This document shows, in pieces, positions 48,961-62,500 of a stretch of DNA of 64,000 bases (position 1 is the stretch's first letter; the number at the start of each line of letters is the position of its first letter). The position numbers were made by a program, and so were the translations under genes. The stretch spans positions 59,832,001-59,896,000 of the forward strand of contig CM052817.1 of the NCBI GenBank assembly GCA_028534125.1, given 5' to 3'. The stretch comes from Lama glama. Lineage: Eukaryota. Under the pieces are notes generated by a model, which saw nothing but the letters and a program-made list of their open reading frames with translations, was not told the DNA's origin and searched no databases.

Positions 48961-51229
48961 CCCTCATAATTGTTTCCAATTATTTACTTTCTGTTTGTAT
49001 TCTTTTCCCTTCCTTCTATATAGGGTTTCATGAAAACTTTGACTTGAGACAAATTTTGACTATAGAAAAAGAGGTAAAAAATACAAAGTAATATGTTGGA
49101 AATAGCTTCCTAGAAAGAAACAAAACAAAAACTGTTCAGTGTATCTTTTGTTCCATTTATCTTGCCTGTCCAAGTTGCCTGGAGATAGGAGATAAAGGTT
49201 ATCTCTTGGTCTCTATTCTATTGACTGTACTCTTTTTAGCTAACAGTTTGAAATTTTGATGGATACATTAGGAAAGCAATTTTTATCATGCCAGTGAGTT
49301 CTTAAAATTAGCTGTCATATTTTAAAAGATATGTTTGGTAGATCAAAGTGTTGCTATATGGAAGAACATGAAGAGAAAAATCAATTTCATTGGGATTCCC
49401 ACTGTTTTTTTTAAATGGCTAGCCAAATTTTTGTTCAATGAAGTTTTCTAATGTTCAATTACGCTGAATCTTTTTCTTTTATTTGGGAGTGTAGAGAAAT
49501 CTCTGATTCTCTAACAAAATTGTAAATAGGAATACAGTGCTTTTCATAAACTTAACAGTTTATTGCAGAGATATTTATCCCTTTCTAAGAGAAGATTTTT
49601 ATAATTCTACTTAATTTTTTTGATCTTGTCAGAATTCCTACTTATTCTTGTTCAAATAGAGAAAAAGATACAATTCCATAAAAATTACAGTTTTATCTAA
49701 TTGTAATTTTTACATGCCATTAGCCACAAACTGATATTTAAAACAAAAAGTCTGAAATGAGTTTGATATTTAAAGTTATAGTTGTCCATGAACTGGACCT
49801 CACATTTCAGACAGATTTCTCTATGTGAAAAGCGAAGGAATGAAAGAAGAAAATATTATAACATGATCTGTGTGATATGTGCTGGGATATTCTAGAGAAA
49901 TCAAAATCTTTATTTCAAGAAACAATTCTGTGGTCAAAGAAATAAAAAAATAGATCTGAGTTATAATGTGATGATTAATAAAATCTATAAATTATATTTG
50001 AAAGCTTCACGGTATGTGAGGAAGCATACTCCCTTTATCTAGGTTTTGCTTTGAGGTAAATCACGATATTCAATCTATCCAATTTTTCCAATATGCAGAT
50101 TCACGACAACCCATATTTTTATTGAAGACAGTAAGATGATTAAAAATTTGAGAAAGAATACATGGGGTTACATACTTTTAAATGTTAAGCCATTTTATTT
50201 AAAAGACCTCTCATTAATATGAATGGTAGGGAATAAAACGTCTTTTTTTAACGAAAAGGAAAGGGCAATTAACACAATAATTAAAAGAGAAAACTGTATT
50301 TGTATCACTGTACAGGGTGGCATTGGGCAATGCTCTAAACATATTTCTGGAAAAAATATCACAATGTAATACTATAAATAATAGTGTTTGCTTTCCATAA
50401 ATAGTATTATTTCTTTTCTCTAAATAAAGGAGAGAGTTTTTTTGTTTTAATACATTTTTCTTCAATTTAAAGATTCTTAGAATATGGATTTTCTATGTGA
50501 AAAGTGTATTTTCATCTTAACATTAGAATGCATGTTTTTGGAATAAGGTCAAGAAGGGAAATAGCACTGTAATGACTGCTAGTCTAAAGTCAAGAATAGT
50601 CCAAAGTGTATTTCTCAAATTGCTTTGCATATCCTCATTACCTTACTACAAAAACTGGCATGGTTTAAAATTATGGAGGGCCTGAAAGTATGGCAGGGTG
50701 TATTCTTTATTCTTTCACTGTCTTGATATGTAGCCTTAGGGAGTATGAAGCCACTGTTCCTGGTGCCTGAGCTTTTCTTAAATGTGCTCAAAAAGGACCC
50801 ATGGTCTGTCTTCTACATAGCGTTGTTGTGAAGGTAATTAAAGATTAGGAAATAGTAAAAATGCCAACATGATATAAATACTAAATTATTAAGAAATCAA
50901 CAATCAGAAGGCAATAATTAATTATAGTATGTATAGATTCCAGTAGACTTGGTTCTTTTAATAATCATTTTTGTATATCTATGGAACTTTTACTCTTTTT
51001 ACATTATTCTAAAATTATGTTATCAGTATTGTGATCGTAATGATTTGTGTTTTGCCAATTTAGAATAAATAAATAGGCTCATTGTTTTGGGAACTCATTA
51101 ATTCCACAGGTATTTACTGAAAATAGTAACGTGCAAGGTATTGTGTTAGACATTATAAAAGGAGGAGAATGAATCTTCCTTGAAGATTTTGACTCCCGGA
51201 GGTAGAAATATGACCTATAATATAATATT

Positions 51230-51385
51230 GCTAATAATGCTCCTGCATGCCAAACACAATGCTATGTTACTTCTAATCTTCCAAAACCTAGCACAAAGAG
51301 GATCATAATCTTCCATTTTTCCGGTGAAGAAATTGCCCAAGGATATACTGCTGGTAAGGTAGCAGAGCTGAGTAAACAGTTTAGT
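51230..51385 (-). mobile_element. MIR SINE fragment
   Basis: ccattttttccggtgaagaaattgcccaaggatatactgctggtaaggtagcagagctg, an antisense MIR. Confidence 0.65.
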
Positions 51386-52007
51386 GAATAAGAAGGTCCA
51401 TTGTTTTCTTTCTAATGCACATGGTATTCCTTAATATAAGCCAGCTTCATACAGGGAGCACTAAGTTCCATGACAGATAGCCCCCAGATGCACAGACGGT
51501 AAAAATTAACTTTTAAATATTTTATTTGTTTTTGAAATAGTCCAGTTATATTAGCCTGAATAAAACTTAACTTTCTAATCACTTACCTGTTTTATTCACT
51601 CCATCAAATACTTTTGTTTTTTTAGTATTTTTATATTTGTAATGACTTATACAACTCATGAGAGCAAGTAGGTTGCTTATTCCAAAACCAAGTTCAAAAC
51701 CTGGTATGCTCAATAAATGCTAAATGAATTAATGAATGGATTACCTTGGGATTGGGATATTCTTGTTAAATAGATTATATTCAAAAGTAGCTCTTTCTCT
51801 AATATTCTTAGTGTAGGAGAACATTTCATATACTTACATAATAGAGATATAATAGGAAAAATGATACATAGGGTCAAAATTAAAGGCAATAATAAAATTC
51901 TTTGCTTTCTGGTTTTATCATAGAAATGGCAGTAACACTCAACAAATCACTTTATCATTTTGGATATTTGTAGTATTGTTGGCTAACACAGTGACTAAAG
52001 GGTTTTA

Positions 52008-52160
52008 CCAGTGGTGTGAGAATCATCTATCTCAAGTGCTGATTCCTACTCCCTATGCATTAACATGCTGGTAGCTTGAAATAGGCCATGGTGGGAGTAT
52101 TTACACAGAGGAAATTAACAGTCACTACAAAATCTGGACTTTTTTTTTTTGAAGGAGATT
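52008..52160 (+). mobile_element. MER63A-like hAT-Blackjack element
   Basis: ccagtggtgtg terminus and tggtagcttgaaataggccatggtgggagtatttacac...ctacaaaatctggactttttt, the MER63 signature. Confidence 0.8.
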
Positions 52161-52724
52161 GCGCAATAGTGGCTTCTACTCATGCTTAGCAGGCAGAATC
52201 TATTTATTTAGCAGGAAGCTATATATGTGTCATTCTCAGGAAAGTTTCTCACAGGAAAGTATTGCCCTATTTATATGTAGTTATCTGAACTTAGACCTAT
52301 GTCCATTTTCCATAAAAGGAAATTTAATTTTTACATGGTTTTAAAACATAATGGTTTTTCAAGAATACCACTACAATGTAAACTGATAAAAGACTGAATT
52401 TTGCTAAATAACCAGTTTAGAACATCTATTTATTGAGGGAATTGGTGTTTGTGGTATTTGAGTTGTACGACACCTCAAATCAGTTTCATTTACTGCTCTG
52501 TCATTCAGCTTGATCCTCTATAGGGGTGTACATCTGAGAACTTCAGCTCTGTCTTCTGTACAATTGAGCCAGAACATTTATATTCAAATATAAATCATTT
52601 TATCATGAAAAACTTTGTGTTTCCTTTATAGTGTAGTCAATACATTATATTGATTTTGTTGAAGTCAAGCGTATAGGTGGTTACGTTATTTGTGAACTCC
52701 GTTTTAACCTATTGAGGAAACACT

Positions 52725-52835
52725 GATACAGTTCAATCTCTTCATTTTACAGAGGAGAAAGTAGGACCTGAAGAGGTAAAATGACCTGACAAAGGTCGAA
52801 GAAATCAGTGGCATGACAAACTATATTAAGTCATC
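52725..52835 (-). mobile_element. MIR/MIR3 fragment
   Basis: cttcattttacagaggagaaagtaggacctgaagaggtaaaatgacctgacaaaggtc. Confidence 0.7.
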
Positions 52836-55469
52836 TATCTTCCATTCACTTTCAGTCATCAAACCTTTGACTTGTTAGCCCAATTTGTTGCGTACTATTT
52901 GCGAAAATACATATATAGTTCTCCTAACTTATATGTAATAGAGACTTGGTAAAATTCTACTGGATTTGAGCAATATAATTTCATTTAAATCATGTCACAT
53001 TCTCTTTTTCTAGGACATAGAGTCCATTTATCAGGTGCAAAGCCCAGTCATGTTGCTGCTACATTTGGACTTCTGTTACATTTTTGTGGTACCCGAGAAA
53101 TACATCCTGAATGTCATACTTCAAATTAGCTTTCAGCTTAATGCATTTGGGAAGCCAGTTGCTTTGATTTGAAATGGCTGGCTCGTGCAGCCACCTACAC
53201 ACAAGTCACTTATCTGAGTACTTGAGCGGATGTGACTGCTGCATGTTAAACTGACTTTTAGCTTCAACTTATACCCGTGTAGTCAAACTGAAAAAAAGAA
53301 TGAAATGAAAACCTTCTTTTTTACAAGCTGCTGTGTCAGCTAAAGCAAGTGAAAACAGTGTGTGGTAGCTCATACAGCAGAGGAAATGAGGACTGTCTCT
53401 GGAACTCTAACACAGCACAGTAAAGAAAAAAGTGGCTTTCTACTCCAGGTCCCCACGGATAACTGCCTATCAATATCGTAGCAAAGCTATCCTAAGCAAG
53501 ATAATTCTTCTTATTCTAGTTTTCTCTTGCCCAAGGTCACATCTAAGAGTAGAATGAAATTAGCATACTGCTTTAGAATACAGGTCCTGTGAATTCAGGT
53601 TAAATTTAAAACTTCAGGTTGATTTTTCTTTAGAGCTTGCTTTTAGATTTTGGCATGTACAATACAAAAAGTTATCTGTGTATTTACCCATACTTGAATT
53701 GGCATACTTTAAAGGAGCTGATGTGAAGCAGATGAGTTCAAGTTGCAGAACTTAAAAGGTCTAACATTATAATCACAAATGTGAAGAATGCTTATCAAAA
53801 TATTTTTGATGGTTGAAATGGAATCTCTTGGATTATTCCTCATATCTCCATTTATTAACAGATTCAATTATGAAATTCATATATGATTCAAATGTATATA
53901 TTTTATTCTTTATGTTAAATGCAAACGTAACATTTATGTAAGTGTAAATCATACTATCATTTCCTATTACCTGACATGTTAATGTAGTAAACTGTTCTAT
54001 TCTTTGCCTTCTTTTAATTTTCTGATATTTTCTTTTCTGTGGAACTTTGAGAATCTTTAGAATATTGTCAGTGTATTATTTGGAATATAATGCTATTTTT
54101 TTCTTTTTGTGCCATGGGTAAAGTGAACTTCTGATTCACTTGGTTCTGTACTATAATATATGTATAATAAACTTGATCAGAATCTTCCTGTTCCAAAGTC
54201 TTACGGTTCTCCAGAAACTCTCAAGAGTATTTACTATATGCTAACATAAAACATAACTCTCTGAATGGGAAATGTTACTAACTCTGTTTACAAATTTATT
54301 TTTCCTCAATACCGTTTTATTCTAGGACCGTTTCTAAAGATGCTCTTCCACTGACCAAACTTTTAAAATGTTGCTGTTTTACACGATTTCTTTTTTTTTA
54401 AAGCTTCACATATGCAAAGGACTAGCTTTCCCATCATAACCTACTTTTTCAGGGAAGGACCATATCCTTCTTTTATGTCTGTCACATTTATTAAAGCTGT
54501 TTAACCTAGTTGGTTTGAGTCTATACACACTAAGTAAGAAGATGACTTCTCGCTTGACTCATACACTTATGTAAATGATAACTTATTATCAGTGACACTT
54601 TTAAAAAACAGTCAAGAAAAAGTGACATTCAAATGAAAAGATGGATATTGTCTGCTTCATGAATTTGACCTTTTAAGTGACCTTTCATTTTGAGATTTTT
54701 CCCTCATTATTATGTGTGCACAGATAAACCTTTGTGTCATTGAGACAGAAGCAACTACCCATAAAAATAGTTGTGCAGTCTGGTATTATGACATTATCAT
54801 GATTTCCGTAAAAAAATTATTTAACCATGTGTAGGTACTTAAAAAGGAAGGCTTTCTTATGTTTAGAATCATGTTAAAGAATGTGTGTATGTGTGTGTTC
54901 ATGTGTATTCTTCATCATCAAACATAATACCGGATTGAAAAAAATAGTGAAGAACTGAGGTAACCCCTTGTTCATTTCCTAAACTGAAATAGAGTTTAAA
55001 CTATCAGTAGATACAAACTTGAGTTTGAAAAGATTGGCTTTTGATGCCTAGGCTTTATCATTATTGAATGTCTTGCCTGAAAAGGAAAATAATGAGTAGT
55101 GAATACCAATGTGTTCAAGAAAGACTTAACTTGGAGAACATTTTATATAACCAGTTTTCAGAACTGCAGTACAATGTGAAAGCCTTCAACCAGTATTCTT
55201 AGAGCTAAATCTCGAAAGGTTTGTCTAAAACCTCTTAGATTCCTCCTGCACTAAGTTCAGGATTGTCTCTGGGTCTCTTAGGTATGAGATTTAGCTGGGA
55301 GCTAAGTACCCAAGACAGACCTAGAACCGAAGTCTTCTAAGCCTTAATCTACTGTTCTTTGAGAGTTACTGCCTCAGAAATCAAAGAGTATAAGTTTGAA
55401 CCAACTTCTTTGGTATCTAAACATTTGGACTTTTTCATAGTCTGTCTCATTTTAGGTAATTGTTACAAT

Positions 55470-55655
55470 AGCTGTGTGAGCTTCAATTTCATGGTGTAAA
55501 ATGAAAACAATACTATATGCAGATTATTATTATTTAAATATACACATATATATTCACTGTATATATAAAATATGTATAGAGATACATATAGATAGGTGTC
55601 ACTCAGTGAAGTCTGGCACATAATAAGCTTTTAATCAATGATACTTATTGTTTAT
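55470..55655 (+). mobile_element. MIR fragment with TA-rich expansion
   Basis: gagcttcaatttcatggtgtaaaatgaaaacaatact...tctggcacataataagc. Confidence 0.55.
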
Positions 55656-57789
55656 ATTATTTAGCAATAATAAAGTGATCTACCTTACTGAACATAATAC
55701 CTTCAGACATAGAATTATAATAGTTTTAGAATTGAATATTTGTATGTACAGCTCAGATATTGTACTGAAAATATACACTAAACCTATTTTATAATATGTT
55801 TTGTTTTCATTTGACTGTTAGTTGTTAAAAACATTTTGAACAGTTGAAAAAAAATTTAGTTCAGTGACATTTGAAAATGTTTTAGAATTCTGATAGTTTA
55901 GCAAAGTAATGAAGAGAAGTTTGCTCGGAAACTAGATGACTTTGTGAAATTTTCAGTTTTTATACTAAAAAAGTAATGAAGCAAAAAAAAAAAAAGAGCC
56001 CTGAGAAGTAGTTAAGTTTTTTTAAAAATCAAAACTAGAAGATAAAGCACTTAATTTTATTGTTATTTGGTGTAATAATTAAAGCCTCTGAAGGGGAACT
56101 TATTTCCTTTTCTGGCCTAGTTCAGTGCTTTCATTATATGCCAATATACCTGATGCATTCACAGTTTGTAACATCTTTTTTTTCTCACACGTAATTTGAT
56201 CCCACAGGTAGGAAGGAATTAATTGAGGATGTAATAATGAATGAAAACTTCAGTGGAAATAATTGCATAATGACATACTCAGAATTCTAAAAAAGGAAAG
56301 GAGAAAATTAGCATGATATGGTTAAAAATGAATTTTAGGGAAGTGGATTACAAAAGGCTTAGTCTACTATCGTGAAATGGAATAAAGAAAACAAGAAGAA
56401 AAAAAAATTAGATAGAAAAAGAACCTACAAGACCTGAATTCTCCTGAATTTTAGAGAGCAATGTAGGCTAAAATAAAATAAAATAAAAATGGATAAATGC
56501 AGAATGGGACAGGGGAACAGAAGGACAATTTGTTATAATATAACACTCTGAACTTTAACCTGTTCACTATAAGTTTTTAGAAGCAGGGAAAAAAATATTG
56601 GAAGGGACAAAATCAGTACTTTTCAGGTAAAATAAAAATTTCTTATGTTGTGTTGGACATACTCCTCATGAAGGATGTGGTCCTTGTCCTCCTTATATTT
56701 ACGTCTGTAGTCCTCTCAGGCTTAGCAGTGTGGTCCTCTTGTAGCAGGCAGTCTCCCTGAATGTAATTGTATTTGGTAATCCAGGAAGCTCATATTTTGA
56801 GAAGGTAGGAAGGAGATCATGATAGGTGATGATAAGAGGCTAAAGATTTTTGGGTCTTCCAAAAAAGGCAGCTTTATCAAGTAACCCAGAATAGATTAGC
56901 TTTAATGAGAAAATGTCACATCAATTTTAAACTTTAGAAAAATATCTAAAAATTATTTTGCATACATTGTGTTCAAAGTGTCTTTTTCAGTCACATGGAA
57001 TAATACACTGACAGGTGTGATTTCACTGCCATTGTTACTTTTAAGAACTCAATGAACATGGGGTAGTTTTTAGAATCTGAGAATTTAAAAATACAGGAAA
57101 CAAATTTAAAACATTAAATCCAATTCAGTAAAATTGGTTTTTGAAATCGAATTGGTAATTGGAGGAAATTAGCTTTAGTAATCATTACTTGTTTTGTAAG
57201 CATCCTATTTCTTATATCTTATTATAATTACTTAATTTTCATATTTCATTATAATTATTTGATTTTATTCAGGTCAAATATTTTAAGAGGTCAGGAATAT
57301 ATAAATAAATATATCTACATTTAAGTGAAGCTGTTCTCTTTTTATCTGCAAATGTGTCTTAACTAGTTATTAAGTTACTTTTAAGTTTAGTTTTTGTTTT
57401 GATCAGAGAGGACTGATACTTATAATTTTTAGTTAATAATTAAACAAGAGGATAGAGGAGTGATAAAGATTCAACACCCCCCCCCCCGATAATTATTGGT
57501 ATTGCATGCTGTGTATTGAATCTTGGGGAAGAGAATTAAACTCTGAAGCCTCTTCCAGCTCTAGTGTATTATGAATTCCTGTGGTGACTTATTGTGTCAC
57601 ATAATGACTCTCACTGTCAGTATATTCTTTCTCTTGATACAATTCTGGTATTTTTTTAAAGATTTTTTTTCACACTCAGTAGAGGAATGAGAAAACCTTA
57701 CTAAAATATAAGCTTACTTCTATATGCGGATAGAAAAGGGAGCTAACTCTTATCAGGTGCCTTTATACTGTGTAAAGCTTAAGCCTTCT

Positions 57790-58820
57790 TCATATTACAC
57801 AGGGTTTAACCCTTTTTTTCTCCCTTTCACAACCAAATGTCAGGAAAGAACTGTCCATGTACACTGTGTTCCTGTCCTGTCCATTCACTACTGTATCTTT
57901 ATTAACCTGTCTTTGTCATGCGGCTCTTCTCTTACTTTTTATCAGTCTTATCAGAAGACTCCTGGTTCCCACATCAGATGAGTGCTTTTCAGTCCTTCCC
58001 ATACTTGATATGTTATATAAAATATTGTTTGTAAGAAGAAGGTATGTTTTCTACTTTCTGTTACCTGGAAATTCTTCCCTTAGTTCCCATAACACTATGC
58101 TCTTCTGATTTCCTCCTTCCTTCCTGGCTGCTCTTTCTGCCTTCTTTTATACTCCTCCTCCTTTTCCCATCCTTCTAATGCTAGTGTTCTTTGGGTTCTG
58201 ACAGAGGTTCATAGGTTCTCATTCCTTCTCATTTTATCAGGCATTTCCAGGGTGATCTTCTACACTCCCATGGATTTTATGACCCCATATTTGCTGAAGG
58301 CTCCTAAAATGACACCTTTAGCTGAGATAAATGTATCCAATTCCATAGGAGACTTCTCCTAACAAACCTGCAATTCATTATCTTTCCTACTCCCCATGGA
58401 GAGAGATCATGCTTGGAGACTAGACATGCTTATCAGCTCTTCCTGCCTCTGACCACCCCACTTGACTAAACATCAGTCAAGTTATGTTGAATCTGCCTCT
58501 TATGTCAATTTACTTCTCTCAGTACCATTGATCTTGCCTAGTGCTATCCTTCAGTCCTCTGCTTTGTGAGCACTTCTTACAGAAAGATCTCCTTTCTCCT
58601 CGGTTGAAACAAGTGTCCACACTTCATGTGCTTATAGTACACTCTACTTCATTCACTGTAGTAATTGCATTCTGCATTATAATGACATTTGTACTTTACC
58701 ATGTACCATTAGAATTTTGTGTGTGGAAAATGAGAGACTGCTTATTTGTGTCACTAAGATAGCTTTTGCATCTAAGACATAATCTGGCTCATTGTAGGCA
58801 CTTAAAATTTTATTAAATGA
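57790..58820 (+). mobile_element. LINE-2 fragment ending at the 3' terminus
   Basis: Pyrimidine-rich L2 body (ctccctttcacaaccaaatg..., cactcccatggatttta...) ending tctggctcattgtaggcacttaaaattttattaaatga. Confidence 0.8.
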
Positions 58821-60904
58821 GACTTCTATGTTACACATTTAATTTTAAAAGACATTCTTGCCTTTCAAAAATGAGAAAGTCAGGCTCAGCAATGCCAAGT
58901 ATCATTCATACCATTAATGTAGCCTGGGCTATGGTCAAAACTCGGGATTTTCTACACTGTATTACCACATTGTATTCATACCGAACCTTCTCCTCTCCAG
59001 TTGGACTAATTCCGTTTTTGTCTTTCTTTGCCCATTAGATGAGTGTACATTCACACACATCACACACACTTCCAAAAATCTGGAACTTTCTTGTCTTAGA
59101 TCTTCTGTGAAAGCTGTGATTTCCAAAGTTGGATGAAATTAATATCATTTAATGAGAAAGGGATTGAAGACTGTTCAAATTTAACATCTTGAAGATACAT
59201 TTTATCCTGAGACCTCGGAGAGAAAAAATAAAAAGAACAAACTAGAATTTAAGCATTTTAAAAGTATTCTTTATGTGACTTGAATTTCAGAAGGATGATG
59301 ATTCACAGTTTAGGTTACAGATAAATTGTTTCTAAAATACATACATGCATACTTTTGTAGCTATAGAAAGATTCTTCTTTAAAATCCAATGGTCATGTTC
59401 ATACCTAACAGATGGTTTGATATCATTGCATGTAACCTATATGAACTGTAGAAACTCCAGAAGACATACTAATGGAATCAAACAATATTCTCTTAATAAG
59501 ATATGCTATTTCATTGTTCTTTAGTTTCTTTGTAGGGAAAAACTAAAAGATAACCTATATAAGAAAAGAACTCTTAAAGTAAAACACTTTGTGAATGATA
59601 ATTTCCTAATGGAACCACCATGAATTACTGTGAAAAAGCTTATAATTTATATTTTATTTGAACTGCCAGAATAAGACATCGATAGACATACATTCAGTAT
59701 CCAAATAAAACTGTGATTTTACTGTGCAAAAAGGTGGATGGCATACAAAAATGCTTCTTTTCTGTTCTTCATGATTATAATCAAGACTTAAACCTTCGGA
59801 ATCTATTTTTAAATTTTTGACAAAGTTCAGGAAACTCTAAATATGAACACATAAATTACATTTTGTGTCTCTACAGTATTTATGAAATATGTAATGAACA
59901 TCTGTGAAGAGTAGAATTATTCTCATTTACAAAAGGAAGAACTTTGTACCATATATTTAGTTTATGATCTTACGTTAAGAACTGTCAGCTCATTCTTTGA
60001 AGTCCACATTCCACAGATGTTCATTAGACACCTACCATTAAATGTTAACAAAGTCTCTTCACTAGAGAGTTGAATAGATTTAGAGGCAACACTTTAAAAA
60101 AAAAAAAAGCTTGAGTGTAATCTGACTTTCCTATGAGTATAAATGTAACTCATAATTATTTATGATTGTTTATTCTAAAAATATTCAGACCAATTTAGCA
60201 GGACTTTCTGTCTGAGGCTGTGAAGAGCTTGCTCTGGGATTCTTGTTTTCTCAGCTTCCCTAATTGAGGGCACCTTCTTACTTTCAGGGCATTTTACAGT
60301 ACTGAGAAGAACCTAGTAAAAAGAGTTCTCATCTTTTGTAACTATGATGAAATAAAAGAAGAATCAGCTATACTGCAGGGTGCCAAAATCAAGACAGATT
60401 AGAAGCACGTAGACTCAAACAGCCCAGTGCTCTTGAATGTTCTCACTTTAGATCTTTCCATTTCATTCACATTAAAAGCTCTTAATATGTGAACTAAATT
60501 TATTTTAACATAAGCAGTATTCATATAGAAAGGAAAGAATCTGATTGATGGAACGAAGTATAAGAATGCTTGCAATTTAATATTAGGCAGTTAGTTTCCA
60601 AAGACTTGTCTTAAGATATAAAAACTTCATTCAAAAATCAGTCACCTTTACTAAGGGAATAAAAAAAATAATTTTATGATCCTGGCTGATTGTTTCTTTC
60701 TCATCAAATCGGTTAAACAGTGATCACTGAAAATGAAGCTTTGATAAACCAGATTTTCCTTCCTCTTTGAACTGGGAAGAAGATGGTATTGTCTTTATGA
60801 ATGATAACATCAAGAGAGGTTATGTGATTAGCTGTGTTATTTGTAATCCAACATATAACAGGGAGTCTTGAAATAAAATTTAGTATTCCCAAGGGGCAGG
60901 GCAA

Positions 60905-61012
60905 TTATATCTATAGCTATATCATCTATATCTTTATCTATATCTATATCTATATATCTCTATCTATGTCTGTGTCTGTCTATGTCTATGTCTATGTGTA
61001 CATATACATGTA

Positions 61013-61042
<30 letters not shown>
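60905..61042. repeat. Compound (TATC/TATGTC)n-(TA)n microsatellite
   Basis: Directly visible; source of the YIYIY ORF 60834-61082. Confidence 0.95.
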
Positions 61043-61043
<1 letters not shown>

Positions 61044-61304
61044 CACCATCCCATTACCTGTATCACAGCACTAATACTATAAACTTTATTTAAAAATTGA
61101 AATGTAGTATGGGAAGTATTATGTGTGTAAAGAGATATAAAACATTGTCATACATTATAGAATCTATGATTGATTCTGTATCTTAATATCCTGTAGCATT
61201 GCCATTGAACTTCTCTAAATCTAACTTATCATCTATAAAATGCAACTAACAGTACTTTCCTTGACAGATAAATTGTATAAGTCAGTACTTGGGAGGATTA
61301 AATT

Positions 61305-62500
61305 CATTTTTATTCATTCATTCATTCATTCATGCAACATTTATTGAATACATAAATGTACAGGCATAAGTATAGATGATCATGATAAATTAATGGACTG
61401 GTACTGTACAAGAAACAAGTTTATAAATTGTACACAGTAGTACAAATATAAACAACATCATCATTTATAACATCAGTCAGTTTTAAACATGTCACATTGG
61501 TGGGTGTGTAAGTTGAAAACTGTTGCAGTAGTCCAGGCATGAAATGAGAAGACTTGGACTGGGAGGATGCTGATTGGGTTGGAGAAGGTTTCATAATTAT
61601 GAGCAACACATTTTAAGAAAGATAAAGTTTAGATCTCTCTCAAATAGAAAGTAATAGAAGAAAAGAGTTGAGAAAAGCTTATTGTGATTTCACTTTTGAG
61701 AGAAAGACCAAATGGTAGTAGGAACATTAAAATTAAAAGGTAGGCAGTTTTGAGGTTTTCAGTTTTGGTTGAGTTGATTTTGAGGTGATAAGTGCATATG
61801 AGATGAAAGAAGATTCAAAACTGGAGTTTAGAAGAAAGGATAGTGCCTTATACTTGGAGTTAGCAGCCCTTTGGTATGAGGAAGGTTAGATATCTGATGA
61901 AATATTGAAAAGATCAGAGACTGCTTGAGAGAATATAGTTCTATACTAGGACGCAGAATGGGCAAAGGAGAAAGAGAAGAAAATAGTGTTAGTATCTCAG
62001 AAACCTATGAAGAAAGAAAAGAATATGTGTCAACACTAAAATTAGAAGAAAAGTCAAGAAAAGTGGGGACTGAAGAAAAAAAGGGATTAATTTAATAATG
62101 ATTTGTGACATGTGATATGGTGGTTATAGTAAAATGATGGTGATTAGAGAAAGTATGATGAATAAAGGAAGTTGAAAAGGCAATAGTGTAACTCTAGGTA
62201 AGAGAGATTCAGATGAGAAATCAGTGGGATAAATGATAGACAAAAAGAAGGAAGAGCCTGAATCCATGGGCGAATGTAGGGGTTGCTATGAGAGGAAGTT
62301 CTCTTAAAATGGAATGAATCAGATTCTAATGCTCAGCTACAATGATGACTGCTCAAGAGTCTGAAGGAAATAACGAGTGGTACTACAATAACACAGGGGG
62401 AGTTTGAAGGATTGAGGGAGCAACAAGTAATGTCCCAGACTAATGGAGGGCAGTGTCTGCTTTATTACTGATCAAAGTTGCATTGGAAAACATGGGACAT
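61305..62500 (-). mobile_element. LINE-2 fragment
   Basis: (ATTC)n then caacatttattgaatacata start; antisense L2 body (gcagtagtccaggcatgaaatga..., ttgattttgaggtg...). Right boundary uncertain. Confidence 0.75.

Noticed and set aside
60834..61082. YIYIY-rich ORF
   Set aside because: Translation of a TA/TATC microsatellite.
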